The notes: generated by a model from the letters alone, not told the origin. DNA of 63,283 nucleotides, filler included, from Craspedostauros australis (GCA_030167865.1; 9 parts of 9 records of this genome joined end to end with filler, not necessarily neighbours in it); one strand, 5' to 3'; positions 32,262-45,220 are shown, numbered from the whole stretch's first letter. Translations and numbers: made by a program.

Positions 32262-33312
32262 TTGATTTGTTCAATGGGTAACTTGAAATTGGGTGGCGAC
32301 GTTCGTCTTCGATTTGGCGACGAGATCTACGATGCCTCGCATGCTCGGAAGCACTCGCCAAGCAAAGAGCATCGAAGTAGAGTACAATAGATGGAGACTA
32401 AACGAAGAGGACATGTGATTCTCTAAAGACCAAAGAGAGTATAAAATGGTTGAGTGTTGTTATGTCGTATCAACCAATCAATACACCATCCCTTCCTCAA
32501 AGCATCTCGGAGCTAGAGTCTTGGTCTTTATTCCCTACTTCGTGAAACATTGCATTTGGCCTTGGCTTTCTACAGTAGTATTGGTGGGATAGATCTGGTA
32601 GAGAAGAGGAGAGAAACAAATGCTGAAGATTGAGCATGGTTACAAAGGATCACATGGAACGAAAGAGCATCAGCACAAGTGCTCAGACGGAAAAGCTAGA
32701 TTCCAATATCACCCAATGGAGTGCCCCGTTTACTCGCACATGGAAGAGAATGCAACAGGCCAACTCCTGCCGTTGTTTCCTGGATGTGTTGCCACGAGAT
32801 CCAAGAAGTGCTGCTGGACGTGCTGTAGATCACTCCCGCACAGGCGCAGCTATTCCGCCACGATAAATGGTGGCTTATCGCGCGAGACGCACCATGCGGC
32901 GAATGGGGCATCTGCTGCGTATCTACTTTTGCATTCCTACAATGAGACTGTTATTGTTATGATTGCAACCGGCGCGAAGCGGCGCAGGGAAGAGTCGATC
33001 ATCGCATCGTACTCGGCTGCAAAGACGAACTCTCTGTCTCGATTGTCCTTGGATAATACCATGCCCAATTCATCTTTCAATGTGTCACAAGTATTTTAAT
33101 CTGCAACTATGAGAGAAGAGGAGACCAAAGGGGTGCGTGTACAGACAGAGAAGAAGAGATTCGATGATGCGGAGAGAGACGACAACGACCGCAGAGATCT
33201 CGCCGTGCATATGATGCTGTCTGGAATATGAGCCGCGCATGTCGCATGCCTCGTCCCCATCTGTCCTACTCCTACAAGTAGGCGTTACGTTACCGCCATG
33301 AAGTATTCATCG

Positions 33313-36026
33313 TTACAACCCGCTTGCTGGAACACGCACAAGAATACCGCTGCTGCTGCTTGGACCAATGCTGTAGCCGCTCATCAGAGCAATACCACCA
33401 TCGATGGAAACGGCTTCGCCAAAGAACTGATTGTTCTCTGCACCACATGCAGTGAATCTGCGGCTGAAACTGAACTGGCTGGATGTGTCATCCCGGGTGT
33501 ACGAATACACCGCGCCAGCGTTCGTGCCCTCGGGGTTATCATTCTCTGGAGATCCAATGAGAAGGATCAACTTATTGGGACTCAGAGCGACAGCGAATCC
33601 GAAGAAGTCGTCTGTTCTACCATCCGGAGGCGTGATCTTCTGGAACTCGTCGAAGTTGCCGTTTGTCTGTCGGACGATCACGAAGACTGCACCGGCGCGG
33701 GTGCCCAAACCCACATCGGCTTCAGCCCCGATGACGATCGTGTTGCCACGGATGTCTGTGTCGATTCCGAATTGATCCCCGTCGTTGCGGTCACCTTGTG
33801 GCTTGAGAGTGACTGCGCCGGCGGTAATGCTGCTGTAGTAGTATGCGACACCTGGTTGAAAGTTGAAGGCGACTGTGTCAAAATGCGCCCCGATGAGAAT
33901 TGCATCACCGTCCAAGGCGACGGAGATCCCGAACTCTTCATCTTCTTCTGGTTGAGGATCGAACAAGATGGTAACCGTCACCGCAGCATTTGGCCAGTCG
34001 AGTGACGCGGACTCAAAGTAGGCAGCAAATCCCCTGCCGTTTACGGCAAATGGAGCTCCGACGATGATTGCCAACCCATCGGCCGTCATGTCAACGGAGT
34101 ACCCGAAACCGCTGCCGTCGATGAAAGTAAAGAGCCTGGCGTCGTCTCCCAAGAGATCCAAATCGTCTGGTACCTCCAATGGTCCGACCCATTCGTCAGT
34201 CATGAAGGCGTATAGGTAGGCCACGTCGTCGATAGGGTAGCCGGCAACGATGAACTCCTGCCCGGCGCCTCCGTCGTCGATGTCGGAGGTGGCCACAGAG
34301 AAACCCAGAAAGAAATCATTGTCGAACGGTCCAAGACCGTTCCCGCCTGGCGCTGGTTCGGAGAGGACGGTCTCGTCGTTGAGATCAAATCGATTGACTA
34401 CGATGATCTGACCATTTGTAGTGGGAGTTTGGTTGGATCTTCCGATCACTTGCCAGTTCCGGCTGGTGGCGAGGGAGACGCCGAAAGCACCCGAACGGAA
34501 TTGACCGTCCACGCACTCTTTGGTTGGCGCAGAGGTCGGCCTTGATGTGGGCCGGGAGGTCGGGGCCGACGTAGGCCGGGAAGTTGGGGCTGATGTGGGC
34601 TGGGAAGTTGGGGCTGATGTGGGCTGAGCGGTCGGATTTGTCGGCGCTGATGTCGGGGCTGATGTCGGCGCTGACGTAGGTGCGGATGTCGGAGCCGATG
34701 TGGGCGCCGATGTTGGGGCTGATGTGGGTGCGGAAGTCGGCTGCGAAGTCGGAACCGATGTCGGTGCCGATGTAGGCACGGAAGTCGGGGCTGACGTAGG
34801 TGCGGATGTGGGTGCCGATGTCGGGGCTGATGTGGGTGCCGATGTCGGAGCCGATGTTGGTGCGGAAGTCGGTGCCGATGTAGGCGCGGATGTTGGTGCC
34901 GAAGTCGGTGCCGATGTCGGGGCTGAAGTGGGTGCCGATGTCGGAGATGAAGTTGGCATCTCGGTTCGTCCGAGGATGGCCATGATGCGCGCCTTCTCCT
35001 GCAAGCAGTACTCCAGCTCCACACTGACCTCCGTGATCTGTCCGTTGATGTCGTCGGCGAAGGTGACACCGTCAACAGTCGGCGTCAACGTGACGGCCGT
35101 GCCGCTTTGGGCAGCTTGGCTTAGCGCCACGGCGAGATCCGTGAGACACTGGGTGAGATCGCCCTGAAGCTGTGAGAGACGGGCCTCCAGGTCCACCATG
35201 GTCTCCGTCGGTGCCGATGTCGGAGCCGATGTCGGTGCGGATGTCGGAGCCGATGTCGGTGCGGATGTCGGAGCCGATGTCGGGGCTGAAGTTGGTGCGG
35301 AAGTCGGAGCCGATGTCGGTGCGGAAGTCGGATTGCCGTTTGGCCGCGCAGTCGGTGCCGACGTAGGTGCCGATGTGGGTGCGGAAGTCGGTTGCGCAGT
35401 CGGAGCCGCTGTAGGCGCGGATGTTGGATCGCTGTTTGGCCGCGCAGTCGGTGCCGACGTCGGTGCTGATGTTGGTGCGGAAGTCGGTGCCGATGTCGGA
35501 TTGCTGTTTGGCTGTGCAGTCGGTGCCGATGTAGGCGCCGATGTCGGAGCTGATGTCGGCATATCGGTCGGTGCCGATGTCGGAGATGATGTTGGTATCT
35601 CGGTTCGTCCGAGGATGGCCATGATGCGCGCCTTCTCCTGCAAGCAGTACTCCAGCTCCACACTGACCTCCGCGATCTGTCCGTTGATGTCGTCGGCGAA
35701 GGTGACACCGTCAACCGTTGGCGTCAACGTGACGGCCGTGCCGCTTCCGGCAGCTTGGCTCAGCAGCGCGGCGAGATCCGTGAGACACTGGGTGAGATCG
35801 CCCTGAAGCTGTGAGAGACGAGCCTCCAGGTCCACCATGGTCTCCGTCGGTGCGGATGTTGGCATCGATGTCGGCATCGATGTCGGAATCGCGGTCGGCG
35901 TTGCAGTGTCATCCGAATCCACGTTATCGCCCTTGTTGGCCTTCTCCGCCTTGAGGATGCGCTGGCGGAAGGCGAAGTTTTCGTCATCAACATCATCATC
36001 ATGGTTGCGGATTCGCGTGCGGCGGA
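33313..36026 (-). CDS. Exon 2 of a secreted mucin-like protein: PTSA repeats, two copies of a ~75-aa Cys-containing helical module, C-terminal FG-GAP (integrin-alpha-like) beta-propeller; about 931 aa with exon 1
   Basis: (PTSA)n tracts; repeats FGYSVDM...IVGAP, FGISVAL...LIGAH, FGIDTDI...VIGAE, FGFAVAL...LIGSP. Confidence 0.88.
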
Positions 36027-36593
36027 CTGTGTTGGTGCAGTGTGCAGTGTGCATTGTATTTGCATTACGTGTGCAGATGTGTATATATGTGCATGTGCAT
36101 TACATATACAGATGTATGTATGTGCATTGTAGAATATATTCATGGTGAGTATTGATAGTGGACAATGGATGATCATACAATAGATCATCGACCATGCGTC
36201 ATAGACCATGCGTCATAGACCATGCGTCATAGACCATGCGGCGGCAGCAGCAATACCAGCAGCAGCATAGAGGATTGAGTGTCGCATGGTGCATTGGGAA
36301 GTAGACCGCGTGCAATGGACCGGTCGATCGTGTCGATTATGTCGATCATGAGGACACAGGGATTGATAGTGGGCGCCGATGCGAGAGGCGACGGAATCAA
36401 GCGATGGAACCGGGCAACGGTTGAAGCGTGTGAATGAATGGTTCGTCGATTGAAGGATCGATTGAAGCGTTGATGCATGCAGGCATGGATGCANNNNNNN
36501 NNNNNNNNNNNNNNNNNNNNNNNNNNNNNNNNNNNNNTTAATTAATTAANNNNNNNNNNNNNNNNNNNNNNNNNNNNNNNNNNNNNNNNNNNN

Positions 36594-39185
36594 CTCGTAC
36601 GATGATGCCGCCTTCGTGCGCTGCTTCCTCAGGTCCTTGTCCTCGGCCTCGAGCAGCAGGATGTTGTGAGGGAAGTTGGGACATCCCTTCTTGGCCCATG
36701 TCTTGAGCAGCTTCACGCAGCTCCTTGCAGTGCTGATGTACTTGCGGTCCTTCGAGGTGCGTGCCATGGCGAAGCAGCACAGCGCCGCGTGGAACAGGAA
36801 CTGGGGCAGAGAATACCCGCCAGTGATCTCCTTCACCCAACCCAAACAGGATGTAACAGCAATCGAAGCGCCGACCTCGTGGTCGCCGAAGATTGATGCA
36901 ACGTACAGGGTGTACGCGCTCTGTATGGTGTTGGTGAGAGGAGCCAGCTCGTGGTCATCCGGATACGCATCTTTGTTGATGTCGTAGGCCTCTCCGATCA
37001 GCTTGGTCGTGTGGCGTGACGAGCCGCGGAGGTTGAGGACGCATTGCCAGATGATGCATGTGATCTTGTGCTGGAGGCTGAGCTGGAAGTCGAGCATGAC
37101 GTTGGTGTAAACCATGAATTCGGAATCCAGTTTGGCCAAGGGCTTTCCAGTCTGGAAGGAGATGCTGAGGAATGAGCCCAATGCCCACATGGCGGCTTCC
37201 ATGTCGCCGCAGGCCATACCAAGCCGGTAGGCCTCCATCATCGGCTCAATAGCGTTCTCTAGCGGGTTCTTCCAGTGGTAGGTGTTGGCGTAGAAGTTGA
37301 AGATTGTCCGGCTGTCGAAATCTCGGTTGTCCGTGGCGTTGAGCATGCTCATTCCGATCTCACCACATCGTTGGCCACCGTCAAAGTCTCCCGTGGCAAA
37401 ACCGACGATAATGCTGAGGAAGGCGAGCGCAGGGGCCGTGTTGGGCGTGATACCTCCGCTGATGCTACGCCGGAGGGTTTTGATCACAATCAGCCCGACA
37501 ATGTCTGGCTCCGTCAACACCGAGGCGGCCCCAAGCTTATCCAAAGTCTTCATCACAGCCATGCTGTGCTCATCCTCGGAGAGCGGCAGCTTGTCTTTCA
37601 TATGAGTCTCGAGTGTCTTCACCATTCTGTTGGCTCCCATCAAGCCTCGGATGGTGTACCATGTACGTCCAGCCTTGGATTTGGGGAAGTTGCAGCCAAG
37701 CTCGGACAGCAGATTGACGTAGATGTCAACAGCAGTCATCCCGTCGTTGAAGTTTGTGGTGTTGACGAGGCAGATGTCAGCAAGAACGTGGTAGGCCTTC
37801 ACCTTCTTGATCACCGGGCACTTCTGCTTGATGACGACCTCGCAGTAAGCCTGTGCTTGCGCGAAGCCGGATGTGACGAAGCAACTCTCAGCCGCGGACG
37901 AGTACAGCTCGATGCTCTGATCCAACGAGTTGCTCCAGTGCTCATGTGGCAGCAGATCGATGGCTGCCCTAAAGTACACAGAGGCCAGATGGAATGCGGA
38001 AGACTTGACCGCATTCAATCCAGCACTGTAGTTGAGCATTGCGATCTTCATCCTGCGTTCCATCTTGTGATGGTTCGGCATGAGATCTGGTCGTGTGTTG
38101 AGAAGGTTGACCACGACGTAGATCTTCGTCTCCAGCTCATCGTCGTTGAGTCCGTACAGCAGCACCTCACCGACTCGGTACTTGAGCTCGGAGAGATCTT
38201 CTGGTGTCGGTGCCATCGAAAGCGCTGCTTCCTGGACCTTGTCATGGGTGAAGACGAATTTCTGCGATGGACCGTAGGTCTTGGACCCACGCCGGCTCTT
38301 ACGACGATCCTTGTGAGTGGAGGATGATTCAGACTGCGATGGCTGATTCGTGATCTTTTGGATCAGACCCTCCCGGCAGCATTCGTCGAGCATGGAGCGG
38401 ATCTGAGGATCGCTCATGAAGGTCTTGGTTTCGAAGACCCTGCGGAAGAACCTCGAGTGGTCAGAATGGATGGTTAGTCCCTTCAACACTGTGCAGACAT
38501 TGCCAAAGGAGAATGTCGCACCCAGACATGCCACGACGCAGAGGAATCGATGTGCGGTCGTCGCTTCCTGAAACTTGCTCCTCATGAGAGCGAAGATGTC
38601 ATCAGCGGTGATTGTCGCGGAATCGACGCCGATCTTCTCGAGATCGCATGTCCACAGTGGTGGTGAGGACGAGGAGCTGTTGCGTCCGTACCGAATCAAG
38701 TTGCTTTTCACGAGCGACTCGAGGTACTGTTGCATGAAGAATACGTTGCCTCCCGTTCTGGCATGTACCAACTTGGCAAGCTGGCGGAGCTGATCTTTCG
38801 GCATGCTATGGGCTGCAGCGTCATCATCATCCAAGTTGGGAGTGGATGAGGTGGAGACGGACGACACCGTGAGCACCCGTGCCAAGTACTCTTCGACCTG
38901 GTCTTCATCCAGATCGCGGACGGGAAGGTCGACGATGCGGATGGATCGTTCTCGCTTGGATTTCTCGAGCAGCTCCAGCGTTGCCTTGAGGGTCGGGTTC
39001 TCATCGAGCATGTTGCAGCGATAGGATCCGATGATGGTGAGGGATGTGTTGTCGCTGTCCAGCAGCCATGATTGGATCATGTTGAGGGATGCTTGATCGG
39101 CCCATTGCAGATCTTCGACGGCGATGACGACGGGGCAGTAGCTGCATAGTAGCTGCAGGAACCTGCGCATGACGTACTTGAGCCG
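36594..39185. repeat. 2592-bp terminal direct repeat of contig 6 (= 45413-48004; period 8819)
   Basis: Direct match; identical ORF-track entries at offset 8819. Confidence 0.93.
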
Positions 39186-40406
39186 ATCTGTGTGTTTCCT
39201 GTACTCCATGGCCATCCCGACGCCGAGCGTCGTCGCCGAATCGCCGGAGGTGATACTGCCTGAACAAGACTGGCTTGCTTTGGAGCAGGTGCCTGTTACC
39301 AGGCAGTCTTCGGTATAGAGAGCAGATGTAAGGGTTGGCATGACGTTTGAGAGCAGCTGCATCTCGGCCATAGTCAGACCCTTGTGTAGGAGTGATCGAA
39401 GGCTCGACAGTGTCCTTGGATCGGTCGTGGAGGAGTGCACGTGCAGCTGCTCCTCCGGAAGCATGGTGATCTGCTTGCACAGCTGCTGCATGGCCATCTG
39501 GAGCCCCGAGTACGGAATGCCGCCGAGCTTGTTGGAGAGCTCGCACTTTCCGATGGCGAAGAAGCCATGGAACGGTGGGCAATCGTTTGCATCATTGTCT
39601 TCGTCTATGTACTCGCATGCGTCTGCCAGGCTACTGCTACTGGTGCTGCCGCTACTTCTGCTGAAAGTGTCTGCAGGCACGGGCCGACCCCTCCCACATG
39701 ATGTGACTTTGTGGAGGCGATTGATGAGCGCCGACTTGCCGCTGCCGGACTGTCCAGACACCAGCACCAACGTGCGCATCGCGTTCTGGGCAGCTTCGTG
39801 CGTGGAGTCTGGGGTGTCATCGGCATCCACAGGGTTCACGTTAACATTCGAGCCCGTATCTGCGGTTGCGCCATTGTTCACATGCTCCACCAAACCAGTC
39901 ATGGATACCCGGCATTGTGATGCAGGCCGTTCTGGCAAGGTAGAGGACGAAGAAGTTGATGACGCTGACGACGCTGATGACGATGACGACGCTGATAGAT
40001 AGGCGGTCTTTGAAGCGACGCTTGGCAGGCACTGTCTCGATGCCCTTGTGCTCTTCCTTTGCTTGCTTGGTGAATTTTTAATTGCATTCTGCAAGATCCT
40101 GAGCTCCGTCTGCCTCCCAACCAGGCCGACCTTGTCAAAGGGAAGCCTCATTGTCGGCGTGGCATTGGTGGCGGCTTTCGAGGCGCCATGGTCCGCTATT
40201 TCCAGATTCATATGCGGCTTGATGCTGCTGCTACAGTTGTCGATGTTGGTGATGTTGGTGATGTTGCCTTGACGGTTCACAGTATCCATCTTGACTTTCG
40301 TCCAAAAGGAAGGTCGCTGTTGTCTTTTTCGTTTGTTTTGTGAGTGATAATCTCTCTCAGGACAGTTTGCAAGATTGGCTGCGGTGCCCACAACAACGGA
40401 GCGCAT
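36594..40406 (-). CDS. STAND/AAA_16 (COG3899-like) ATPase, paralogue C, intronless; 3' end cut by contig start (continues as 45221-45412)
   Basis: LVGRQTEL, Walker A SGQSGSGKS, Walker B IAVEDLQW, IGSYR, RTGGNVFF, FTHDKVQEAA. Confidence 0.88.
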
Positions 40407-41976
40407 GGGCAGTGGGTTGTCGGATTGCTCCTCCCTTCAAAGCCTTGTCTTCCTTGTTGAGTGGGCCATGTCATTGGATGTTGTTTGCGCTGCTATCCTT
40501 GGGACGTCCGTAATCGTATAGTATGCCCGAATTGTCGTGGCTGGTGAGTGTGTGACCCTCTTGAAGCCAATTTCGCCTTTTGGCGCGATACTCCTGGATT
40601 GGAGAACAAGGGGCTGCTCGAGGGAGCGCGACCACCCGCTCCATCTGCTCCGTCATCTCCATCCGTGAGGGGATTCGTGTACGCCGCCGCGGCCAAAGAT
40701 CACGTCTGACAGCATTACTGTCACGGCTTTCCACGAACGATTGCGGTGTCTTCCGCTCTCTTCGCAGTGTCAATCTGCACGTTTGCAGATCGTTCTATCC
40801 TCCGACCAACACAACGCGAAGCTATTGAATGAACAGAAAGTCCATCGACCGGCGATAAATCACTCCAAGACGGACATAGTCAACAAATACGAACCAAATC
40901 GAACAGGGCTGTGGGGCGCGTTGCCGTGGAATGAGGCAATCCAAAGACTGCATCATTCGAGAGCGGGTGCTGGTATTGCAGAAGTCATCGGTGTCATCGT
41001 GCCAGCTCGTCTGCATGGCGCAGGAAAGCCTCTTGGCAATGAAGGTAAATCCAGCTCCTCCCTCCCCCGGAGTTGCTCGTACTCTGGAGAATACCTCGAA
41101 CGTGGTTCGCACGTTACGTCCAGTCATCTCCGCCAAGACCAACCACCCAAGACCACAAGTTGCGAATAGGCACATGTCGCAATTCGTGCGAACGGAGCAC
41201 AACTTCACAGTTGGAAGAAGTGGGCCTGCACAGAATCACCATAAGTTGTCGATGAGATCCACGAAGAACATGTATGCAAATCCACCATGGGCGAGCGCTG
41301 TGCCTTGGCACATGTGAGCGGTTCTTTAGTCGCGCAATGCCAATCAAAATCCTGATTTGCAGACGGTATCAGTCGCCGATGACAGAAGCAAAGATCCGAT
41401 CAAGATCTTCCGTTTGTCCACGAACTTGTTGACATCGGACTCGATCATCAAAGCATGGAGGTGGGCAGACAGTCGCTCCTGCAATACGGCTGACGGCCAG
41501 ACTAATAATTTGCCTATTAGTAAATGGTATTTGGGGTTGCGGTAATATAAATATTTTAACATTGTTTGTGTACAATATGAAACTTCATCCGGGTGACGCA
41601 AAGCGAACGATCCAAGCACCTCCAGATCGGAGTCCGACTCGCCGCTTGTGGACTAGCCCTTACGAGCACTTCGCCTACCTCTGATATACTCCCTGATAGC
41701 ATCTCTGATGGTATGTTTTTTGCATGAGGTTCAATCTACTTACTGCAATTGGTGAGAATACTCTCGCAAGTGACTATGTAGCGTAATTCGTATCCTCTCC
41801 TCACCTGTACAATACAATTTGATGTAAAACTTCATGTTCGCAGCAGAAATCGAAACGACTTCTTCCAAAACTTATTGCACAATCAGCGTTGCGTATTTCA
41901 CGCAGGATGTGTCTTCCTCAGAAATATTATAATACAATACCAAGCAAAGAGCAAGACCAGAGACTTGTGCGCACTC

Positions 41977-44625
41977 TCAACGGCCGTCGCGGTAAATCCA
42001 AACGTCATCCCGGACTGCACCGGCGGAGTCATCATTCGCAACCTGGACGAATTCGAAGTGCATGGCGGTTGCGTTCTGGACAGTGACACGGCCGTATCCG
42101 TAAACCATTGGCAGTTGCTTCGCTGTCCAGTGATTGGGATATTCGGCCGTGTCAAACAGTTCAGCACCGGCAGTGCCGACCGTTACGTAGGTAGGTCCGG
42201 AGTACCCAGACGGCGAAGATGCCGATGGGCACTGGCTGCGGTACAATCCGTCACACGTTCGCGTGTAGGAATGAATGTGACCGGAGATCACCAAATCGAC
42301 TTTATGATCCCTCATCGGCTCTTCCACCTCCATCCTCATGGCGACCCCGACAGCCGTATCCCCCCATTGGGTTTGCGAGTCGTACATCGGACGATGGAGT
42401 TCGACAATGACCCACGGCGTGATAGTGCGATTGACAGACGAAAGATCCTCCAACAGCCATTCGTACTGATCGCTTCCTTCCGACATGTCGTGCTCGCTTG
42501 ACAAGCCAATGGTATGGACGCTCGCATAGTCGAAAGAGTACCAGAAGACACCGTTGCTTGGATTGCTGCGTGTGGTGGGGGTTGCTGGCATCGTGAAGCG
42601 CTTGGCCACCGGGACGCCGCATTCGCCGTGAGAGTCGTCACCGAAGTTGCCCCAGTCCGGCATGTAGCCAGAATCGGTGGTGACTCCGCTTGGATCCTTG
42701 CCGTTGGCACCCCCGGAGGTGTGATCGTATTCGTGATTGCCAATCGTGATCATGTACGGAACGACGGAGGCAACTGGTTCTATGAGGTCGAACCATTCGT
42801 CCCATATTGGCGCGTTGCCCATGGCGTAGCTGAGGTCTCCGATGTGATGAACCATCGCGATCGGCGGCCTTGTGTCGCCATCACCACCATCGTCATCGTT
42901 GCTGTCATCGCTGTCGTGGTCGCCGCCATCATCCGAAGGAGCAGAACCGCCGTGGCCTTGGCGGTGGTGACGATGGCGATGACGGTGATGGTGGCTGTGA
43001 TGATGGCTGTGATGATGATGATACTTCCAAGGCCATTTACCAAGCCTTGGTCGACTGGCCAAAGTCAAGTCTTGGTTTGCATCGGCATGATGATCGTCTC
43101 CCCCCTTCAACTCCAAATTTAGAATTTGATCGATGGTCCACTTGGTTTCGTCGCTGTTCCACACGGTGGGCGTCCCGTGATCACCGAACACAACGAAGGA
43201 GAAGGGCCCAACTGCGTCAGCAAACCCGACCTGCTCTTGCTCGTCGTTGTGCGATTTGTCATCCGGCGATACTTGTGATACCGGCGAACTCCGAAAGTGA
43301 TTGATGGTGTCAGACCACACGATGCCTTGCCCTGTGGTCAGTCCGACTTTGTAGTAGTAAACAGTAGAGGGTTTGAGACCGCGCATCCTCACGGTGTGGA
43401 ACCAGCCTGCCGAGTCTGATGCGGGGGACAGCGAGGAAAGAGCTGCGTTGGATGGTGATCCACACAGGTCGGAGGCCGAGTAGGTGGTCGTCTGCACGTC
43501 TTCGTCGGCTGTGACCTTTTGGTCCATGGATTTGGGATCGGAACCGAATGCAGCGATCGGTTTGCCACCTACCTTGGTCGACGATGATCCCGCAGCAGTG
43601 GTGAATGACACCACCATCTGATCTGCAGTATCTCCGAACGAAAGATGGATCTGCGTTGGTGTTTGCGCAAGCCTGGGATGCATATCCAGTGTCGGCGATC
43701 GTCCGATGATCGTGAATGGAGCAGCATGGTTGTTCTTCGCGGAAGTGCGGATGCTGGATTCACGTGCATGCGCATGCGCAGGTGCAGTCGTGGACGCAAC
43801 TTCAGTTTTGGCCGTCGTTGCTGGCCCAGCAGCAACCAAAGACCCCCGCTGGCTCGACCCATCATCATCATCATCATCATCATCATCACGACGAAGTTCG
43901 TCTGGGTGCTTCTCATTTTCATTGGATCGAAGCAGATGGTAACGGCAGTATTCATGATGGCGCATGGGAGTCACCGCCGCTTGCCACACCAACGCACCAT
44001 CGTCGCCATCCACAAGCTCTGCCTGCGAGAGTGAGATAACTTCGATTGGTTCAATCGTTGGCTCCGTCGAATCCAACTTCTGTCGAACGGTGAGCTGTTG
44101 TTGGCACACCAGAGCGATGTGGTCTCGGGATACATCGAGCACACCATGGAAGGAGAGAGCGAAAGGCTCATCTGGCAGATCAAACACTGTCTTGCTGGAT
44201 CTAACATCGACGAGTATCTTTGTGATCTCCTTCGCAGCTTCTGTCGTCGGCCGATCGCGCCAAACTTGGTCATGTTTGTGTTGCTCATGGAATGGCGCAA
44301 AGTGCTTGCGCACCGTCTCTACCGTCAGCGATCCGTGTGTGGTGCCTGATTTCTGAGGAAACACGCTGGACTGACTAGGAAGCCAGCTGAATTCAATCGT
44401 GCCAAGCAGAACCAAGCAGGCCCCAGCAACGGCCCACGATTTGCAAATTGGGCTGTTCGGATTGGGTCCCTGCGGTCTTGCAGCCGCGCTCGCCTTGTTC
44501 GCCGTCATGCTCGCTGTCTTGGTTCCTTGTGATTGGTCTCCTTCGTCTTGGAATGCCTCGTTGTGTTGCCCTCCGCTTGCAGCAGTCTTTGAACGTCTCC
44601 TCGACAAGCCAGCCACAGCTCGCAT
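41977..44625 (-). CDS. Purple acid phosphatase (calcineurin-like metallophosphoesterase) with N-terminal signal anchor and FN3-like domain
   Basis: All five PAP metal motifs in order: DHG, GDLSY, GNHE, VELH, GHIH; PTQIHLS and GLKPSTVYYYKVG mark the N-domain; hydrophobic WAVAGACLVLLGTIEFSWL. Confidence 0.92.
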   Translation of the reverse strand: MRAVAGLSRRRSKTAASGGQHNEAFQDEGDQSQGTKTASMTANKASAAARPQGPNPNSPICKSWAVAGACLVLLGTIEFSWLPSQSSVFPQKSGTTHGSLTVETVRKHFAPFHEQHKHDQVWRDRPTTEAAKEITKILVDVRSSKTVFDLPDEPFALSFHGVLDVSRDHIALVCQQQLTVRQKLDSTEPTIEPIEVISLSQAELVDGDDGALVWQAAVTPMRHHEYCRYHLLRSNENEKHPDELRRDDDDDDDDDGSSQRGSLVAAGPATTAKTEVASTTAPAHAHARESSIRTSAKNNHAAPFTIIGRSPTLDMHPRLAQTPTQIHLSFGDTADQMVVSFTTAAGSSSTKVGGKPIAAFGSDPKSMDQKVTADEDVQTTTYSASDLCGSPSNAALSSLSPASDSAGWFHTVRMRGLKPSTVYYYKVGLTTGQGIVWSDTINHFRSSPVSQVSPDDKSHNDEQEQVGFADAVGPFSFVVFGDHGTPTVWNSDETKWTIDQILNLELKGGDDHHADANQDLTLASRPRLGKWPWKYHHHHSHHHSHHHRHRHRHHRQGHGGSAPSDDGGDHDSDDSNDDDGGDGDTRPPIAMVHHIGDLSYAMGNAPIWDEWFDLIEPVASVVPYMITIGNHEYDHTSGGANGKDPSGVTTDSGYMPDWGNFGDDSHGECGVPVAKRFTMPATPTTRSNPSNGVFWYSFDYASVHTIGLSSEHDMSEGSDQYEWLLEDLSSVNRTITPWVIVELHRPMYDSQTQWGDTAVGVAMRMEVEEPMRDHKVDLVISGHIHSYTRTCDGLYRSQCPSASSPSGYSGPTYVTVGTAGAELFDTAEYPNHWTAKQLPMVYGYGRVTVQNATAMHFEFVQVANDDSAGAVRDDVWIYRDGR

Positions 44626-45220
44626 GAACGGCAGCAGACGTACGTAGCTGCGTCTGACAGTCTTCTTGCGCTTTGGCTTTCGTTTTTGCTGGAGTGCCTC
44701 GGGAGCCGTGTCTTTGGTCTATCGCAAGTGCTCAGTGACCATGCTTCGATTCACCCACTTCGTTTAATACGAGTTTCATACCGTACACCTCTGGGATGCC
44801 TCCTTCTCTTCGATGTAGCTTCCTTTGATTGATGGGGGTGACGGATGTTGAAGATGTCGGAGATGTACGACTATCACATGAAGCAGTACGGGTTGCACAC
44901 TTCGAGCGAGGTTCCTGCACAGCGTGTCTGCGCGCGTTGGCGCCTTCGATGGTTTTGAGTCCCACGGAACAATCGTCGTGTTTCCTTCCACGTTTCTCCT
45001 TCCAGGCGCTTTTCCCAGACGTACACAAGAACTACTGTTGTGGTATCAGAGCATGCTACGATAACGGCATCACCCGGCCTACTCTGCCAAGTTCTCAGAA
45101 GACCAGGTTTGAAATAGTGCCTACTCTGTACTTGTGTATTGCCTACTCAATGTGCTTATCTGAACAAACACTACAATGCAATGCAATCAGGAATCTGGTG
45201 TTAATCCCATTCTACCCTTC

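Noticed and set aside
34446..35806. VGAD-repeat and His/Arg-rich ORFs
   Set aside because: Antisense and alternate-frame shadows of the PTSA repeats.
37275..38327. 350-aa plus-strand ORF (also 46094-47146)
   Set aside because: Antisense shadow of the ATPase CDS; no motifs.
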